Positions 1 through 14,483 of a stretch of DNA of 64,000 nt are shown here, one piece after another. The stretch lies in NCBI GenBank assembly GCA_964276515.1, contig OZ193909.1, forward strand, positions 620,001-684,000. The letters run 5' to 3'. Each line of letters begins with the position of its first letter. Positions within the stretch are counted from its first letter, which is position 1. The notes under the pieces were generated by a model. The model ran no database searches, was not told the DNA's origin, and was given only the letters and a program-made list of their open reading frames with translations. The DNA comes from Gordius albopunctatus (taxonomy: Eukaryota). The position numbers and the translations under genes are program-made.

Positions 1-2787
1 TAATGAAAGCGCTAGGGCGTCCTCCTTAAAAGACGCGCATGGTAGGCGCCCGTATCATGAGAAAAGTCAACGAGGGTCACTACATCTTCCGCAAACTGAT
101 GTAGTTAAAGAAACTAGTTTGCTAAGCACGAGATTGAGAGTGGGCTCGCTAAATGTTGGAACGATGACTGCAAAATTTCCAGAAGTTGCTGACACCCTCA
201 GTAAGCGACGGGTCGATATAGTGTGTATACACGAAACAAGATGGAAAGGCGCAAAAGCAAAAATTATAGGTGAAGGCTATAAACCTTACTTCAATGGCCT
301 AGAAACGAATAAAAATGGCGTGGCAATCATAATAGCTTCACATCTTCAAGATAAAGTCATTGAGGTACAAATAAAAAGCGGGCCACTCATGATGTTGAAA
401 CTAGATCAAATGATTAATGTAGTTTCCGGAATGCTCCGCAAACAGGATTCACAGATGACGAAAAGGAGGACTTTCGGGAAGAATTATACGAAATGCTACG
501 AATGATACCCAGAGCTGAGATAGTTATAATTGGAGCGGATATGAATGGTCACGTAGGCAAAACAAGTGAAGGATTTGAACGGTACCATGGTCGAAATGGA
601 TACGGAGCGAGAAACGATGAAGGCGAAGGAAAAATTGAAAATAGCAGTATCATTTGATTTGGCCATCACAAATACCTTCTTCAAAAGAATGTAAATCACC
701 TAATAACGTACAAAAGTGGAAATCGATCTTCGCAGATTGACTTTCTCCTAATATCAAGAAAGGAATTAAAGAATGTACGAGATTGTAAGGTGATACCAGG
801 TGAGGCTATGGGAAAATCAAATGGTTCCGGCTACCAAAATTGAAAGATATTTACAATGATCAAATAGTTGAACGGCTGCAGATAGATGATCAGCAGAATG
901 CTAACAATATGTGGATTAACATAGCTAACACGGTAATATCAGTAGCGAGATGTGTTCTAGGAGAAGGTAAACCAGGTATACAAAAAGATAAGTAAACATT
1001 GTGGTGAACGAAGACGTGCAACGTCTGGTAAGTTAAAAAGAAAGCTTTACAAATTATAGTCAGGCAACAGAAATGAAGAAACGCGATTGGCATATGTGAA
1101 AGCTAAAAATGAGGCAAAACGTTGTGTAGCCAAGGCTAAAACAGAGGTCTACGAGAATTTAAATGCCAAGTTAACCAGTAAAGAAGGCGAAAGAATGATC
1201 TAAAGACCAGGGCAAGGAACTCAAAGGATGTGGTACACGTGAAAACCATAAAGAGCAAAGATGGCATTACTCTAACTCTGGACCATCAAATCATAGATCG
1301 TTGGGAAGAATACTATAAAGAATTATTAAACAGTGAAAATGGGTTTTTGGACCACTGCGAAAGCAAGAACTATGAATATGACCCAGAATTAGAAGTGACA
1401 GAAGAAGAGGTTGACCAGGTGCTTAAAAAGATGACCGTGAGTAGAGCGGTGGGACCTGATAATATACCTATGGAAGCTTTCAAAATGCTAGGACCCTTAG
1501 GTGTACATCTACTTGCAAAGCTGTTTGACAAAATACTTGCAAGTAGTATGATGCCTGATGAGTGGAGGGAAAGCTATGTTATACCTATCTATAAAATGAA
1601 GGGAGTTGTACAAGAATGCAACAACTATCGAGGGATAAAGTTAACGAGTCACGTAATGAAGGTGTGGGAAAAGGTTATAGAAACTAGACTCCGAAAAATA
1701 ATCTCAATAGATGAACGACAATTTGGTTTATGACTGGAAAGTCGACTTCAGGTGCAATACATGGTCTTAGAAGAGTTATGGAATTATATAAGGAAAATCA
1801 AAAGCATCTTCATATGTATTTCATCGATCTTGAGAAAGCTTTTGTTAAAGTGCCAAGACAGTTGATATGGGATAGCCTGAGTTCCAATAGTTTAACCGAC
1901 GTAATGTTAATAAAGATATGCATAGAAACGCAAAAACTAAAGTTCGGACATCCAGTGGTACATCAAATGGATAACGAAGGACCTGAAACGCGAATCACCT
2001 TGGGCAATGCTCTTTGCGGGTGATATCGTCCTGTGCGCAGGCTCAAACGTGGAATTAGCAGAGCAGGTAAAAGTGTGGATGGAACGAATTGAAAGCAAAG
2101 GCCTTAGGGTCAACCGAGATAAAACTGAATATATATGCTTGGAGTCGGAGAATGAATACAAAGAAACACACCTGCAAATCGATGACTGGTGTTTAAGCAG
2201 GAGGAAAGAATTCAAATATCTTGGTTCTAGAGTATATTGTGATGGAGGCGTGGAAAACGAAATTAAGGCAAGAATAAACGCAGACTGGCTAAATTTCAGG
2301 GAGTTGAGTGGTGTCCTATGTGACAAGCAAATACCACTCAAATTGAAAGGACGGTTATATAACACCGTTATTGTATCCACGGTATTTTATGGAGCGGAAA
2401 CCTGGCAATTAAGGCAAAAGAGGAGCAAAGCTTGGCTACAATGGAGATGCGAATGTTGAGATGGATCTTGGAAATAAGAAAAAATGACCATATAAGGAAT
2501 CAAGACATAAGGGATAAACTAAATGTAGTTCCGATTCAGAGAAAGTTGGTGGTAAAAAGATTGAGATGTTATGGCCGTTTGGAGAGACGGGAGGAAAGTC
2601 ACTTGGCAAATCGTATCAAGAGGTAAGCGAAAGAGAGGGAGGCCTAAACTGACATGGAAGCATAAAATAGATATGGACTTGAGAAGGTACGAGCTAAAGC
2701 GAAGCTGGTGTAAGTGCAGGAATATACGGAGAACCTATTTGAAGGAGCTGACCACTAAATGTGACAAACAGCTATTTAGAAAAAAAA
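1..2787 (+). mobile_element. RTE-clade non-LTR retrotransposon (APE + RT), degenerate; 5' end probably lies before the window
   Basis: APE motifs GSLNVGTM, CIHETRW, IGADMNGHVG, SQIDF. RT motifs GPDNIP, NNYRGIKL, FIDLEKAF, LFAGD (FADD mutated), FKYLGS, YGAETW. Broken by many frameshifts and stops. 3' stem-loop at 2746-2773 followed by an A-rich tail. Confidence 0.95.
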
Positions 2788-4609
2788 CCTGTATTTCAAC
2801 ATTTTAATTATAAAAAACGGTTTGTTTTTTTAAAATACTTTTAATAAGCTGGCATTCCAAACTCATAGTCATCCATGGACCTAAGCTTAACGGACGGCAA
2901 GATACCCAATGGCCTTATTATAATACCTAGGCTCACAGCCGAAACGCATGTTAAGACTTTGCAGCGATGGATATATATGCTAAATCAAACAGATTTCCCT
3001 ACCTTCCTCTCCTACAGAGTGAAGCTAAGTGAAAAATATAAATGTCTTAAAACTTTTATATTCGTCTAGGTAGTAGCCACGACCCTCGGTAACCTAGGAC
3101 ACGAGGGCGTCTAATTTTTCGAGTCCATTTCGGCAATCAGCTTAAAGCTGCCTTATGCAGAAAAACACTGATATATTATTAGACCCAAGACGCAATTTCG
3201 ATTTCGAGCATGAATCTTATAAATTATAGCATTGACATATGTATAGCTTTAAATTTGTAACCTATCAATTTTGTTCTTACAAAACATTTAGTAATCTATT
3301 TATTCTATGAAGCCACCATTTATAAGTGTAGACACGTCCTCAAGGTTAATAAAAAAGATGGTGTAACTATGGGCGAACGGGCATTTTATGTTAACCAGGA
3401 CATTATCGCATATAAAACAAAATTTGGATTTAAGGAGAGGAGCTTTTGCCCTTTCTTGCCTCCAGAGGCTTCCACTTGTTACGTCCTTGCTTGACTATAA
3501 CAAATTTATGTTCTAGGCTATTAAAACTTTTTCTGTTAATTGCCGCGCCAGCACTTAAATGATACTAATGTATAAGTAAGGGATTCCAAATTAGATTTAT
3601 TTTAATGCCGACACCTCTAAGTACATATTGCTTATGTATGATTTTAAATTGACTAATATATAAATAATTTAATAACAATTATCTCTAGCTATAATAATGG
3701 AAGACACATTTCTAGGTATGGGTCACAAATTAAAAGGTTTTTTTCCCCTCTCTCTCTCTCTATAAATGTATATTACATTATTTATATAATGACACGATAG
3801 CTGCTGGTCGTATATTTGCAAAAAGACACATAAAATATACGCCACACTTAAAAGGTTAGAACAACGGTTATTATCAGTAGTTATTAGTTGTTATTATCAT
3901 TTGCGAGATTTAGTTGAAAGCTTTTAAGAAAAATATAAATTATTAATCAACCCTTCTAGTGCCCACTCACTCTCAGCCGCCAATATTAACATAAAGCATC
4001 ATCAGGGATAATAGCAAAAGGTGAAGGAAGATTTTGGTATATGAAATAGTCTTTAAAGATGAATATTGCAGGGGAGTGCCATATATCTTAAAAATTAATG
4101 TACGAGGATGGAGATCGTAATGTAATGCATTTCCCCCATAAATAACTCTCTCAACACCTCCACACTCAAAAAATCTTTAGTTCCCCTCTTAACGTCTAAT
4201 TATTATTACTACTACTACCATTATTATTTAACCCCCTTATTAAATGGGTTTGGTGTGACCATTAGCATCGCGCATCTCCCCTCCCCCTTGCTCGCTCGCT
4301 CTCTCGCTCGACTTTGTCATTAATATAAAAAGCTTTTAGACACGATACGGACAATACAAGGAAACCGCTTGCTCCTCCTACCCACGTATTATTGTATCTA
4401 TTAAGATTCCCTAACCAGCCTTTCTTACCTACGAGTTGGCACGCCCATGCACCCCCGCCCTTTTTGGGATGATGCTTTAAGCGTGAAAGTCTATAAATCT
4501 TTGGGAAAACATCAACGCTAAAACACTCTTTTCGATACTTTGATTTTTGACGAGAAGTGTTTTCGAAGTGTGAGGAAATTCGCTATAAAGAGGGTAACAC
4601 ATTACCTTC

Positions 4610-7600
4610 CCTACGATTGAATTAGAGGGATGGGGGGGGGGCCAAATGAGGATTTTTCGGGAATATGCTTTAAAGTAATTCTGGATGTAGGATAGGAATG
4701 GGGGTAGATGCCCCTCTTTGCCCCTCTGACTACGTCCAGGGGCGCATAGTAAGTAGTAATTATGATAAACTAGATGGCGACGCAATTGTCACACAGCCAA
4801 CGAGGAGCTCGTCTTAAGTGCAGTGAGAGATGATTTATGAAATTAACGTTCGCGCACATCTGAAAGTATAATTAGCTCTTAAAAAGCTGGACTTTTTTGC
4901 TATTATGTCGCGGGAATTATGGCAGAAATTTGATTTAAACCATATACTGTTATAACCCTCAAAGATTTATAAGAAAATGATTAATCTCGTCCTTGCTATT
5001 AATATTATAACACAATATTGGTGGCACTCTTGTAACTCTTAAAGCGAGAACACTTGATATAAATATTGAAAAAAATCCCATTTTCTACTATATAACTAAA
5101 TATTTATGTAGAGGGGGTATAGACCAAGGTGACAAAATTTTTTGAGCTGCTTATTTTGAAAGTACTCCTTTGGATGGCGTAGCTAGTGAAAGGCAGGGAG
5201 GGGCCGCTGCCCTCCTAAATTTAGGAATTCTATAAAATTTATAAAAAGTATGGCTAAATTTCAAAAAATAATCATTTTCCAACTTCCTAAATCATCATTG
5301 CCCCTCCCCCTAATTCCAATGCTACGCTCATGTATTACTAAAGTAAACTACAAGATTGTGATTGAAAAGTGATCCCCAGACTTTAGCCATAGTATGCCAT
5401 GTCCAGCTCATGGGTCGTGCTCAGCCAAGTAAAAAAATCTATTGGTCAGGCTATAATAGACCCTAGTATTTAAACATTTGCGTGTTACCCATTATAACAA
5501 GCAATATTTCTTAATATAACATGTCAAAAAGGGGAATAAGCATAGCCAGGGGTGGCAGAGAAGGGCGGCTGCCCCCCCCTCTAAGTCCAAAAACTGTTCA
5601 ACATTTATTATAATTATGGCTAAAATACAAAAAATATCATATTAGCCTCCTAAATCATTATTGGCCCCCTCTAAATCGAATCCTGGCTACCCCCATGGGG
5701 CACCACGACAAGGAAAATGAAATGAGGCTTTTAAATATTCAATTTTAGTTAATGATTCATTATTAACGCTATGTTTTAAATTGAATTAAATAGGAGAGCT
5801 TTAATTTTAACAGATCTATCAAATTTAATTTAAGCGTATTCTATAAAAAATTATGCATCATTTTTAAATCGTTTTAAAATTGGGACTAAACATTTTAGTT
5901 TTCCAGAGAACGGGGAAAATTAGTGAGCCCTCCTGACTCCGTCTAAGCTCTAAAATATGTCCAGCTACAGCCATAAATAATAATTTTCAAATCAGGCTTA
6001 CGATATAACATTGATGAAAGGAAAAAATAAAATTTTGTATTTAAAATTAAAACTCAAAATTCCATGGCACATTAATGTCAAGTATGGAAAAATAAGCTTA
6101 AAAGGACAAGGGTGAATTGGGAAGGGGGGGGGTTACTTTACCTCCTGGATCTATAAAATTTAACCCTGAGCCCATGGGCTTAGCCAGGGGGGGGGGGGCA
6201 GAGAGGGGCGGCTGCCCCCTTATAAATCCGAAATTTTTATTTTATAAAAATTATGGCTAAAATTTGTGAAAATGTTCATTTTGCCCCTGCCTAAATTATT
6301 ATTGCCCCCCCTCTAATCGCAATGCTGGCCACACCGAAGACTGACCCCTTCTTCGTTTATCTATCGCGAAGAAAAGAGCAAAAAGTATGTAGTAAAATTA
6401 TTATCAATCGTCCTTCATTGGAAATCCATCAAACAAAAAAATTGGAAGATTTACTAGAATAAAAACAAAGGTTCATCCGCGCCTAAAACACATCATATTT
6501 TATTGATGTTAAAATCTAGCATTTTACACCAGAAGAAACATCAAACCTATCAATTTGACTATGTGTTAGGAAAATTCCAGACGCCCACCAATCAGTTTTC
6601 ATCCATTTTTTCGGTCCAAAAAGCATCATGAAGCTTGGAGATCAAACCCCATCTCTCACTTTGCTAATGAACGTGGACTGTCATAAAAATTGTAAATTCC
6701 CATCAAAGAGGTATGATGGTGACAGAAAAAAATATGATTTTTAAACCTGGCACGCGCGCTTTGTGTCAACTGGGAAACTACAAGTAAATAAGAAAGCTCC
6801 TCTATTAACCATATGTGATTAATCAAATTATAAACAAGGAGGTGGGGGTCTAATAGTAGTGTTTATATATGTATACAAAATTTTTTTGTTTGTGCTTCGA
6901 AGCATGTATAATTTGAAAAAAAACAGCTGTGCATCATTACATCGGATCTGGAGTTTCCTATTTGCCATGAAAATAATTCAGGTGGAACAAAGAAACTAAG
7001 AGCAACATTTATTATTGTCCCTTTGATTGAGCATATATATATAAAATACAAATATTAAATTTATTTAAATAAGTCAAATTTAACTTTCCTTCTAATTAAG
7101 ACCTCTAGCTAAATACAGTAAGGGAAAATAAATTATATGAAGGGGGGAGATATCATGGGCAGATGCCCCCTCTAAATCCAAATGATATAATTATCGCCAA
7201 AATTTCCAAAAAGTTTCATTTTGCCCCTTTCTAAATCACTATTGCCCCCCTCTAATTCCAATGCTGGCTAGACCCATGGATTATTATTGGTTTATCAAAT
7301 GAATAAATTAATGCTAAACACTTTAAATTATCCAAATATATACTAATATTTTGACATATTTTGGTATTTAAATATTAATAGGGTAAATGAGGTTAAAATT
7401 CGGAGCAAATTTTAGAAAATATTTATAAACTAGCAATAATCATTATTCAAATTTCTACAATTGCACCATTTTAAGTATTAATAAATTTTGCTTAAATATT
7501 AATAATTAATAAAATATATTTGTGTTGTTGCAACAATATATCATTCATTCAGTATTAATGATGTAAACAAAAATTATGAATTTTAAAGCTTGGATTATCA

Positions 7601-10600
7601 AAGTGTTATATTACTCAAATATATTACAGACAAATGGGATATTGAAAATTAAATTATTTTATTGATCGAAAGTAGGCATATTTTTATATAAATTTATTTA
7701 AAAATTAAAAATAAAATAATGTTACAAATAAAAAAAATCATTTGTCCATGGTAGCTATATAACAATGTGTAGAAAGATGGGCGTAGCCAGGGTGGGGGCA
7801 GCCGCCCCTCTCTGGCACCCCCAGGCTACACTAATGATTTTGCCCGTCCCTAAAGCATTTGTGCCCCTTATTGTTACAATCCTGGCTATTTTACCCATGT
7901 CTAGAAACAACCAACAGTAGTTACTTCAAATTCCTAAATTAATAGCTGTTTTTAACAGAAAAGAAAACAAATTGACCAAATGTCATACTCGTACACGTTT
8001 TAAATTTAATAAACTTACCATCAAAATTTCAATCATTACTAAATCATTTGAATCCACCTAGGTAGTTATGGAATCCATTGGTAGACTTTAAATATAATTT
8101 TATAATTTGTTAGTTCGCCTTACTTTTAATAACGAAGATTAAAGGAATACTACATTAATGCCAGGATTTGATTTAGAGGGGGGGCAATAGTGATTTAAGG
8201 AGGGGCAAAATGAGAATCTTAACTCATCTTAGCCATAATTTATATTAAGATTTAAAGATTTCTTGGATTTAGAGGGCTCGCTAAGCCCACGGTTTACAGT
8301 CTATAAAATCAAGATTCAAAGGGAGTGGGGGGTGGTGGTATTCTTTTGTCATTTTTATACAGTCTCAATGGGTATTAATCGTTATCAATAATAGGGTAAA
8401 TGAATAAAAAAAGTATTTCGCATAACTGGTTAGCTATATATCTATAATTAAGATCTGCTAATTCCTCAGCCGCCCTCCGCACTTCCAACCAATATCTCCT
8501 GGATATTATTCTTTAGATAACAATGAATTGGGGACTAATCTATCTGCCCCGAGATTAGATATGTAATAATTAGGTGTGTCTATGAATAGCCTATCACTCC
8601 CCTACCAAGTGTTGACAATAAAAGAGATTGTCGCGTTAAATAGTCCAACAAGATTAACAACTAGAAAATCAGTTTGGGCCAACAATTTATAATTTTTATA
8701 AGCTTTAATCGCTATAATTTAACGTACGAGCTTGGGGAGGAGAGTCAGCTAAGTGGTGATAAGGTGCATCTGATCCATGAACGTAGCCAGGGGGGGGGCA
8801 GGAGGGGCGGCTGGCCCCCTCTAAATCCAAAAATTTGTTTAAATTCATTAAAATTATGACTAAAATTTCAAATACCCTTCCCTAAATCATTATTGCCCCC
8901 TCTAATTCCAATGCTGGCTATACCCATGATCTTATCCCTTTATTTAAATTTAAAATTGTTCTTTTAATGTTTATTTAAAATATAATTTTTAGAAAAATTT
9001 TCATTTTGCCCTTCTCTTTCTGTTCCCTGACACGACTATGCCCTTGGCCCCTGCTATAAGACCAACTGGCCTCGGTCTTAACTTTAAATATTTTTTACAA
9101 TAGAATGTATGTAGATAGTAATATTAGTAAAATCATGGGCATAGCCAAGGGGAGGGGGCAAAGACAAGTGGCTGCCCCCTCTAAATTCAAAAAATGATGA
9201 TTTATTAAGATTCTTATTCAAAAAAAAGCTCTCCAAAAAAAGCTGATCAGAAAAAAGCTAAAAAACCAATAGGAAAATTTGACAATTTCGACGTATAGTG
9301 CATACAATTTAATGTAAATTTTGGAATATTTGGCAATTTCTGCGTATAGTGCAGAATAACCAATTGTTTAGATTAATCCCTGGATTTAAGATTCTTTCGC
9401 AATTTAGATTTAACCTTCTAACGGAAATTTTCCCACCATTTTTGAATATCCCATTTTTTATACCATTTTTGAATATGTATACTATTTTTAGATATCTTAT
9501 TAATAAATCTAATTATTAGATCTTATTTTTAAAAATCCTATTTTTCAATATCTAACCCATTTTTATATATTCAATATTTAAATTTTATTTTCAAATTTGC
9601 TATGCGACATACTCCTCCCTCATAAGACATCAAGTACATTTTAGGGTCTAGATTTTTTTATAGAGCTTTTTTTTTGAACAGAGACGTTTATTAAATTCAT
9701 GGCTAAAATTCAAAAAATGATGATTTTGCTTCTCCCTCAATCATTATTGCCCCTCTATTTCCAATGCTAGCTGGGCCCGTGAGCGAAATCGCAAAATATT
9801 ATCCTTTTGCCCCCATCCCCTATAATATAACATAAATATAAAGTTTTATAAACATTTTAATAAGACCGAATTTAAAATATTTATAGTTAATTTTGAAATT
9901 TTTATAATGTTCCTTAAAGCCAGAAATACTTGCTATATACACATTATACCATCATCAAGAGCGTGCGGTAGCCCCCCTTATGAATTAGAAAGGTAGGTTT
10001 AATAAATATATAGAGGGCCAAAATCGTGTTTTTTACTTTTTTTATTGGATTTGATATTTAAAGCTTTTGATAATAATTTTATTTATGTAAATCGTGGGGA
10101 AATGTAAAAAATGTTTACTAATATAAATATGAATCAAAATCAACAAAAATATTTCTATATTACCAGACTATTTAAAAAAACAATTATTGGTCATAGATCA
10201 ATCGTATCAATTTCTTATTGGAAAGTTTAATTAAAATAATCATACCCAGTGCCATGTAAAATATGGAAATTTTTTTTATCTTTTGTAAAATATTTTGAAA
10301 AATGATGCCTTTTTAAACTATAGACCAAAAAATTAAACTACTGATGAAGTAGTTTAATTGAAATTAATTTTGTTTTGTTTTTTATTATAATTGATGCAAG
10401 ATTATTTGTATTATAGTGTAAGAATAAATATTTATTTATTTTTACCAAACAAAAAATAAAATTTTATACTCTAGTCTCAACCCTGATCTTTAGCAAGTCC
10501 TCCTGCCACGGACGTAGTCAAGAATGGAATTAGAAGGGGGGCAATAATGATTCAGGGAGGGGCATAATACTATTTTTTGAATTTTACCCATAAATTATTT

Positions 10601-13600
10601 TATGGATTTAGAGGGGGCAGCGGCTCTCCCCTGCCTCCCCCTGACTAAGCCCGTGTTTTTTCCTATTTTGATATTTGCAAATTACTGCATAAAAATGCAA
10701 AAAAAGATATTCTTTAATTTAATCAATAGAAGTTCTATAAACTTAAATAAAATATAATTTCATAAATTTTAAAGAATTAATTTATATATTAAGGGGGGGG
10801 GCATTTGCCCCTACTTGCCCCCCTTGATTTTATTAATTTAATTTTGCTAACGCGCGTATTTTATTGCGTGAGCGGGAAGGGTTATTCTTTAATTGACGTC
10901 TTGCAGGATGATGATAGACGGATCTGAAAATGCCATTCGCGAGCCAAGCATATTGCAAAGATAATATTCATTTATTTTTCAATTCTCGCTTTCCATATCA
11001 AATAATTTCCAATATTTTTTGTGCTTCAAGATTTACAAGTAATACATTTGCTTATTATTTTAACATTAATTTTCTACAAGTATAATAATTTAAATATTTA
11101 CGACCATTTTAAAGCATTTTTTTATGAATTAAATAAACTTATTATATCTAATTCTTTAATTCGAACTTTTAATTAATTTCTCTGCTTTAAAAAGATATTT
11201 CCTTTAATTGTCATTTAACTCAACCTTTATATTATAAATTTATAATTTAAAATAATCATGGACGTAACCAGGATTTGGATTATAGGGGGGGGGAGGGGGG
11301 GCGCAAAACGTTTAAAAGTTGAATTTTTTAATTTTTAAAGTCTTTTGCATCGAAATTTTTTTTCCGTCACTCCCATGGAAATAATTAAAGATTTCAGAGT
11401 AGGATTAAAATGAGAATAAAAGAGGGGCAAATTAATCTGACATTTTTTTGAAAATTTAACTTTACGTTTAGTAAATTTTAGACAAACTTTTGGATGTAAG
11501 GGTGGAGGGGGCAGCTGCCCCTGCTACCTCTGGCTAGCCCATGAGGTTATATATAAATCTTATAATACATTTAACTTAGTATTAAATCGAGTTATTTGCT
11601 GTTAGTTGAATAAAGGGAATAATAAACTTTCTAAATTAAATGCTTTCTCTCACAATTATCATTAAGGTAATAAAGGTTATATTGAAGTTTACCCTTGCCT
11701 CTCCGCTACTAAAAGGGAAGTCATTTATCCAAGTGCATTTTGAGTGGATGTGGATGGGTCTATATTAAAGTAAAAGTGACAACTTCCTAAGTTGCTTAAT
11801 CATTTCCTTTGGAGAACAATGGGGCACCAGCTAAGAATTCTGCAGAGATTGGGGATCCTTAGAAATGCTTTGTTCGGTTAGACACTCTGTAAAGGGCTGA
11901 CTTTGATTTGAATGCACAAAGGGGGTAATATTAACCCTTCTGGCCCCCCCCTTCCCATCTTTTCTCTATTAGGTAATGTAAGTGTGGGAAAAAGCCTTGA
12001 ACTATTAGTCTCTTAATGAAGAGCCATTCATCAGTCTAAAATTTCCCGAAAAAAATTTATTATTTTAATCTCCCCTAATACAAGGAAATTAACTTGCTAA
12101 CCTAATATTTTTGACTAGTATATTTTAAACTTTTGTTTACTTTATAACATTTCTAAATTTTTTATTAAAAAAGCTCAGATTTTAAGACACAGTTGTTAAA
12201 TAGCATTGTTCTAAAATTTATGAAATATGAGTCTAAGACTTGGTATTACTTCAAGTTATTTTTCTAGAATTAATTTTAAGAAACTAGTTTAAGAAATTCC
12301 AAATGCCCACATAAATTCATTTCTTACAAACTTTCGACTTCCATTTTTATTTATTAAAACTTTTATTTCCCAAATTATAAAATTAGTTGATTATAATTCG
12401 ATTTATTTAATACAAAAATTCCGATAAATTCTAAGGCTATTTATTGAAAAGTAAACATTAAGGTGTTTTATAGCAAATGAAAAAAACATTTTTGTCCTTT
12501 AACTATGTGTATGAATGGAAAATTTTATCCCACAATTATGACATCATAAGTCAATATCATCTAACCCTTAATTGTTTTACATCTGTACACTAATATACTC
12601 ACAGGTGCATTAAATTATACAGGGACCATTCCATACTTAGTAAGTTCGCCTCTTCTTTCACGTATAACCATAAATTTTAAACGTTTTTTAATAAATATTT
12701 ATTAAATAATTTTAATTTTTCTTTTAATAATTTAGAAAATTTATTTTATTTTTTTAATTTATACATCCTCTTTAAAGGAATGATATAAATTGGAGGGAGA
12801 GAGGGAAGTGAGGCAAAAAGAGAGATTTGCATCACAAAAATATTGATTTAAGTACACTGAAATTCACACACTCTTTATCCAATATATAGATATGTCCAGG
12901 AGTATTAATCTTTGCTATTGAATTCTTTAATTACAACACTATTATTCCAACATTAACAAAAAAAATATTTTATAAAAATTTATAACAAAATCCACTTTAT
13001 ACATAAATATTCTGATTGGTCGAGTAAGTGAATGCATTTTTGATATCTAATTTTTTATAAAAAAAAACATTTAATTAATTATATATTATATTTGTTTTGA
13101 ATTTTATATTTGATATAAGATATGTCTGTCTGTCTACATACATTTTCCAAGCTTAATATGTATATTTTTTTAATTTTATATCCAAGGGGAAAATTGTTTT
13201 TTTAGCTAATTTTCTTTCCTCTCCGAAAAATCTAATAAAAATGTAGAATATCCTCGCTAAGGGTGTAGTAATTAAATGGCGTCCATTCCAAACCAAGCTA
13301 ATGGATAATAATTTTGTACACCTTTGACCTCAAGCAGTTATTTAAGCACCTTAATTATAATCGATGAGAATATTTTTTGGCTGCCCAGGTGCTACTTTTT
13401 ACATTAATCTCTCAAATAAGATTCACGGTCATTATAAGTCGCACGAGAGGGACATGAAGCTTGGCGTCATGTCCCCCCCATAAATTAATTTTATTTTTCC
13501 CATATTTTTTGAGGACCTATTTTTCGACATTTTACACCAACCTGCATGAGCGTAGCCAGGGGGAGGCAGGGATGGGCGGCTGCCCCCCTTTAAAATCCCA

Positions 13601-13701
13601 TTTTTTTTTAAATTTATAACAATTATGGCTAAAATTTCATAAAATTATTATTTCGCCCCTCCCTGAATCCCCTTCTAATTCCAGTGCTATCTACGGCCAT
13701 G
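4610..13701. mobile_element. Cluster of about 13 copies of a ~150-170 bp hAT-type MITE (TIR consensus CATGGGCGTAGCCAG)
   Basis: Copies at ~4610-4740, 5173-5332, 5535-5697, 6173-6339, ~7140-7278, 7776-7899, ~8152-8291, 8776-8928, 9134-9781, 10507-10655, 11257-11377, ~11393-11543 and 13545-13701. Most share the body GGCGGCTGCCCCCTCTAAATCC...TGCCCCCCTCTAATTCCAATGCTGGCTACGCCCATG. Near-perfect 8-bp TSDs: atctgatc/atcttatc, ccaacctg/ccaaccag, tgtagaaa/tctagaaa, aaaataat/gaaataat. Confidence 0.88.
9209..9686. mobile_element. 478-bp non-autonomous TIR element nested in a MITE copy
   Basis: It splits the MITE at 9134-9781. Inverted ends TTCAAAAAAAAGCTCT / AGAGCTTTTTTTTTGAA. Flanked by the direct repeat tttattaa at 9201-9208 and 9687-9694. 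Confidence 0.75.
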
Positions 13702-14483
13702 CCAACCAGTGCCATTTTTTTACGAAATTAAACGACAATTTTTTGTGCTCGAGAAATGTTTTTTTTATCAAGATATGAGATTTATTAATATTTAATCTTG
13801 AAATTGGAGGAGAAAAATTAATTTATCGCACTCAAACTTATTATCATCCGGCTACATCTTCGCAAGACCGATTCAATTAAATTAATTGTATATTGATATA
13901 TACTGTTCCACACCGTCCTAAGGTCAACTTAAAAAAGATGTAAAAAGGTTGGGGGAAATATGGCTGAAATGAATTAAAATTAACTTTATTTTACGCTTCA
14001 ATCCACTTAAAAAAGTTGATTTCATGGTACTGGGGTTCTAGACTTTCAATGAGACAAGGAATTATATTAAACAAAAAATCTCCCTTTTTAGCATTAAGGG
14101 TTTGTTAAATGCATTAAATACGAGGTAAAATTAGCATATTCTAAGTGCAAATATTAATGAGGCTTTTTTAATCAGAAAAAACGGATTTTTCTTTAAAATT
14201 AAACCTCATTGAAAGAGGTATTGAGTTCATAAAATTTAATTTAACTTTTCTCTTTCTCTGTGATTTGCTTTTTTGCGATTGTGTAGCTTACTTAATTTCA
14301 GACTGTGTCATTGAGTGGGAATTATATCGAACTAGATCAGCTTAAAAGTCAAAAGGAATTAATTTGACAAATTAATTAATTTTCTGTGCCTATATCTAAC
14401 ACACCTTCTTATCTCACTTCCTTTTCGTCCCTCCCTTCCAAGTAAACCGTTTTATTTTTATTTAAGTAGCTAAAGCCTTCACC

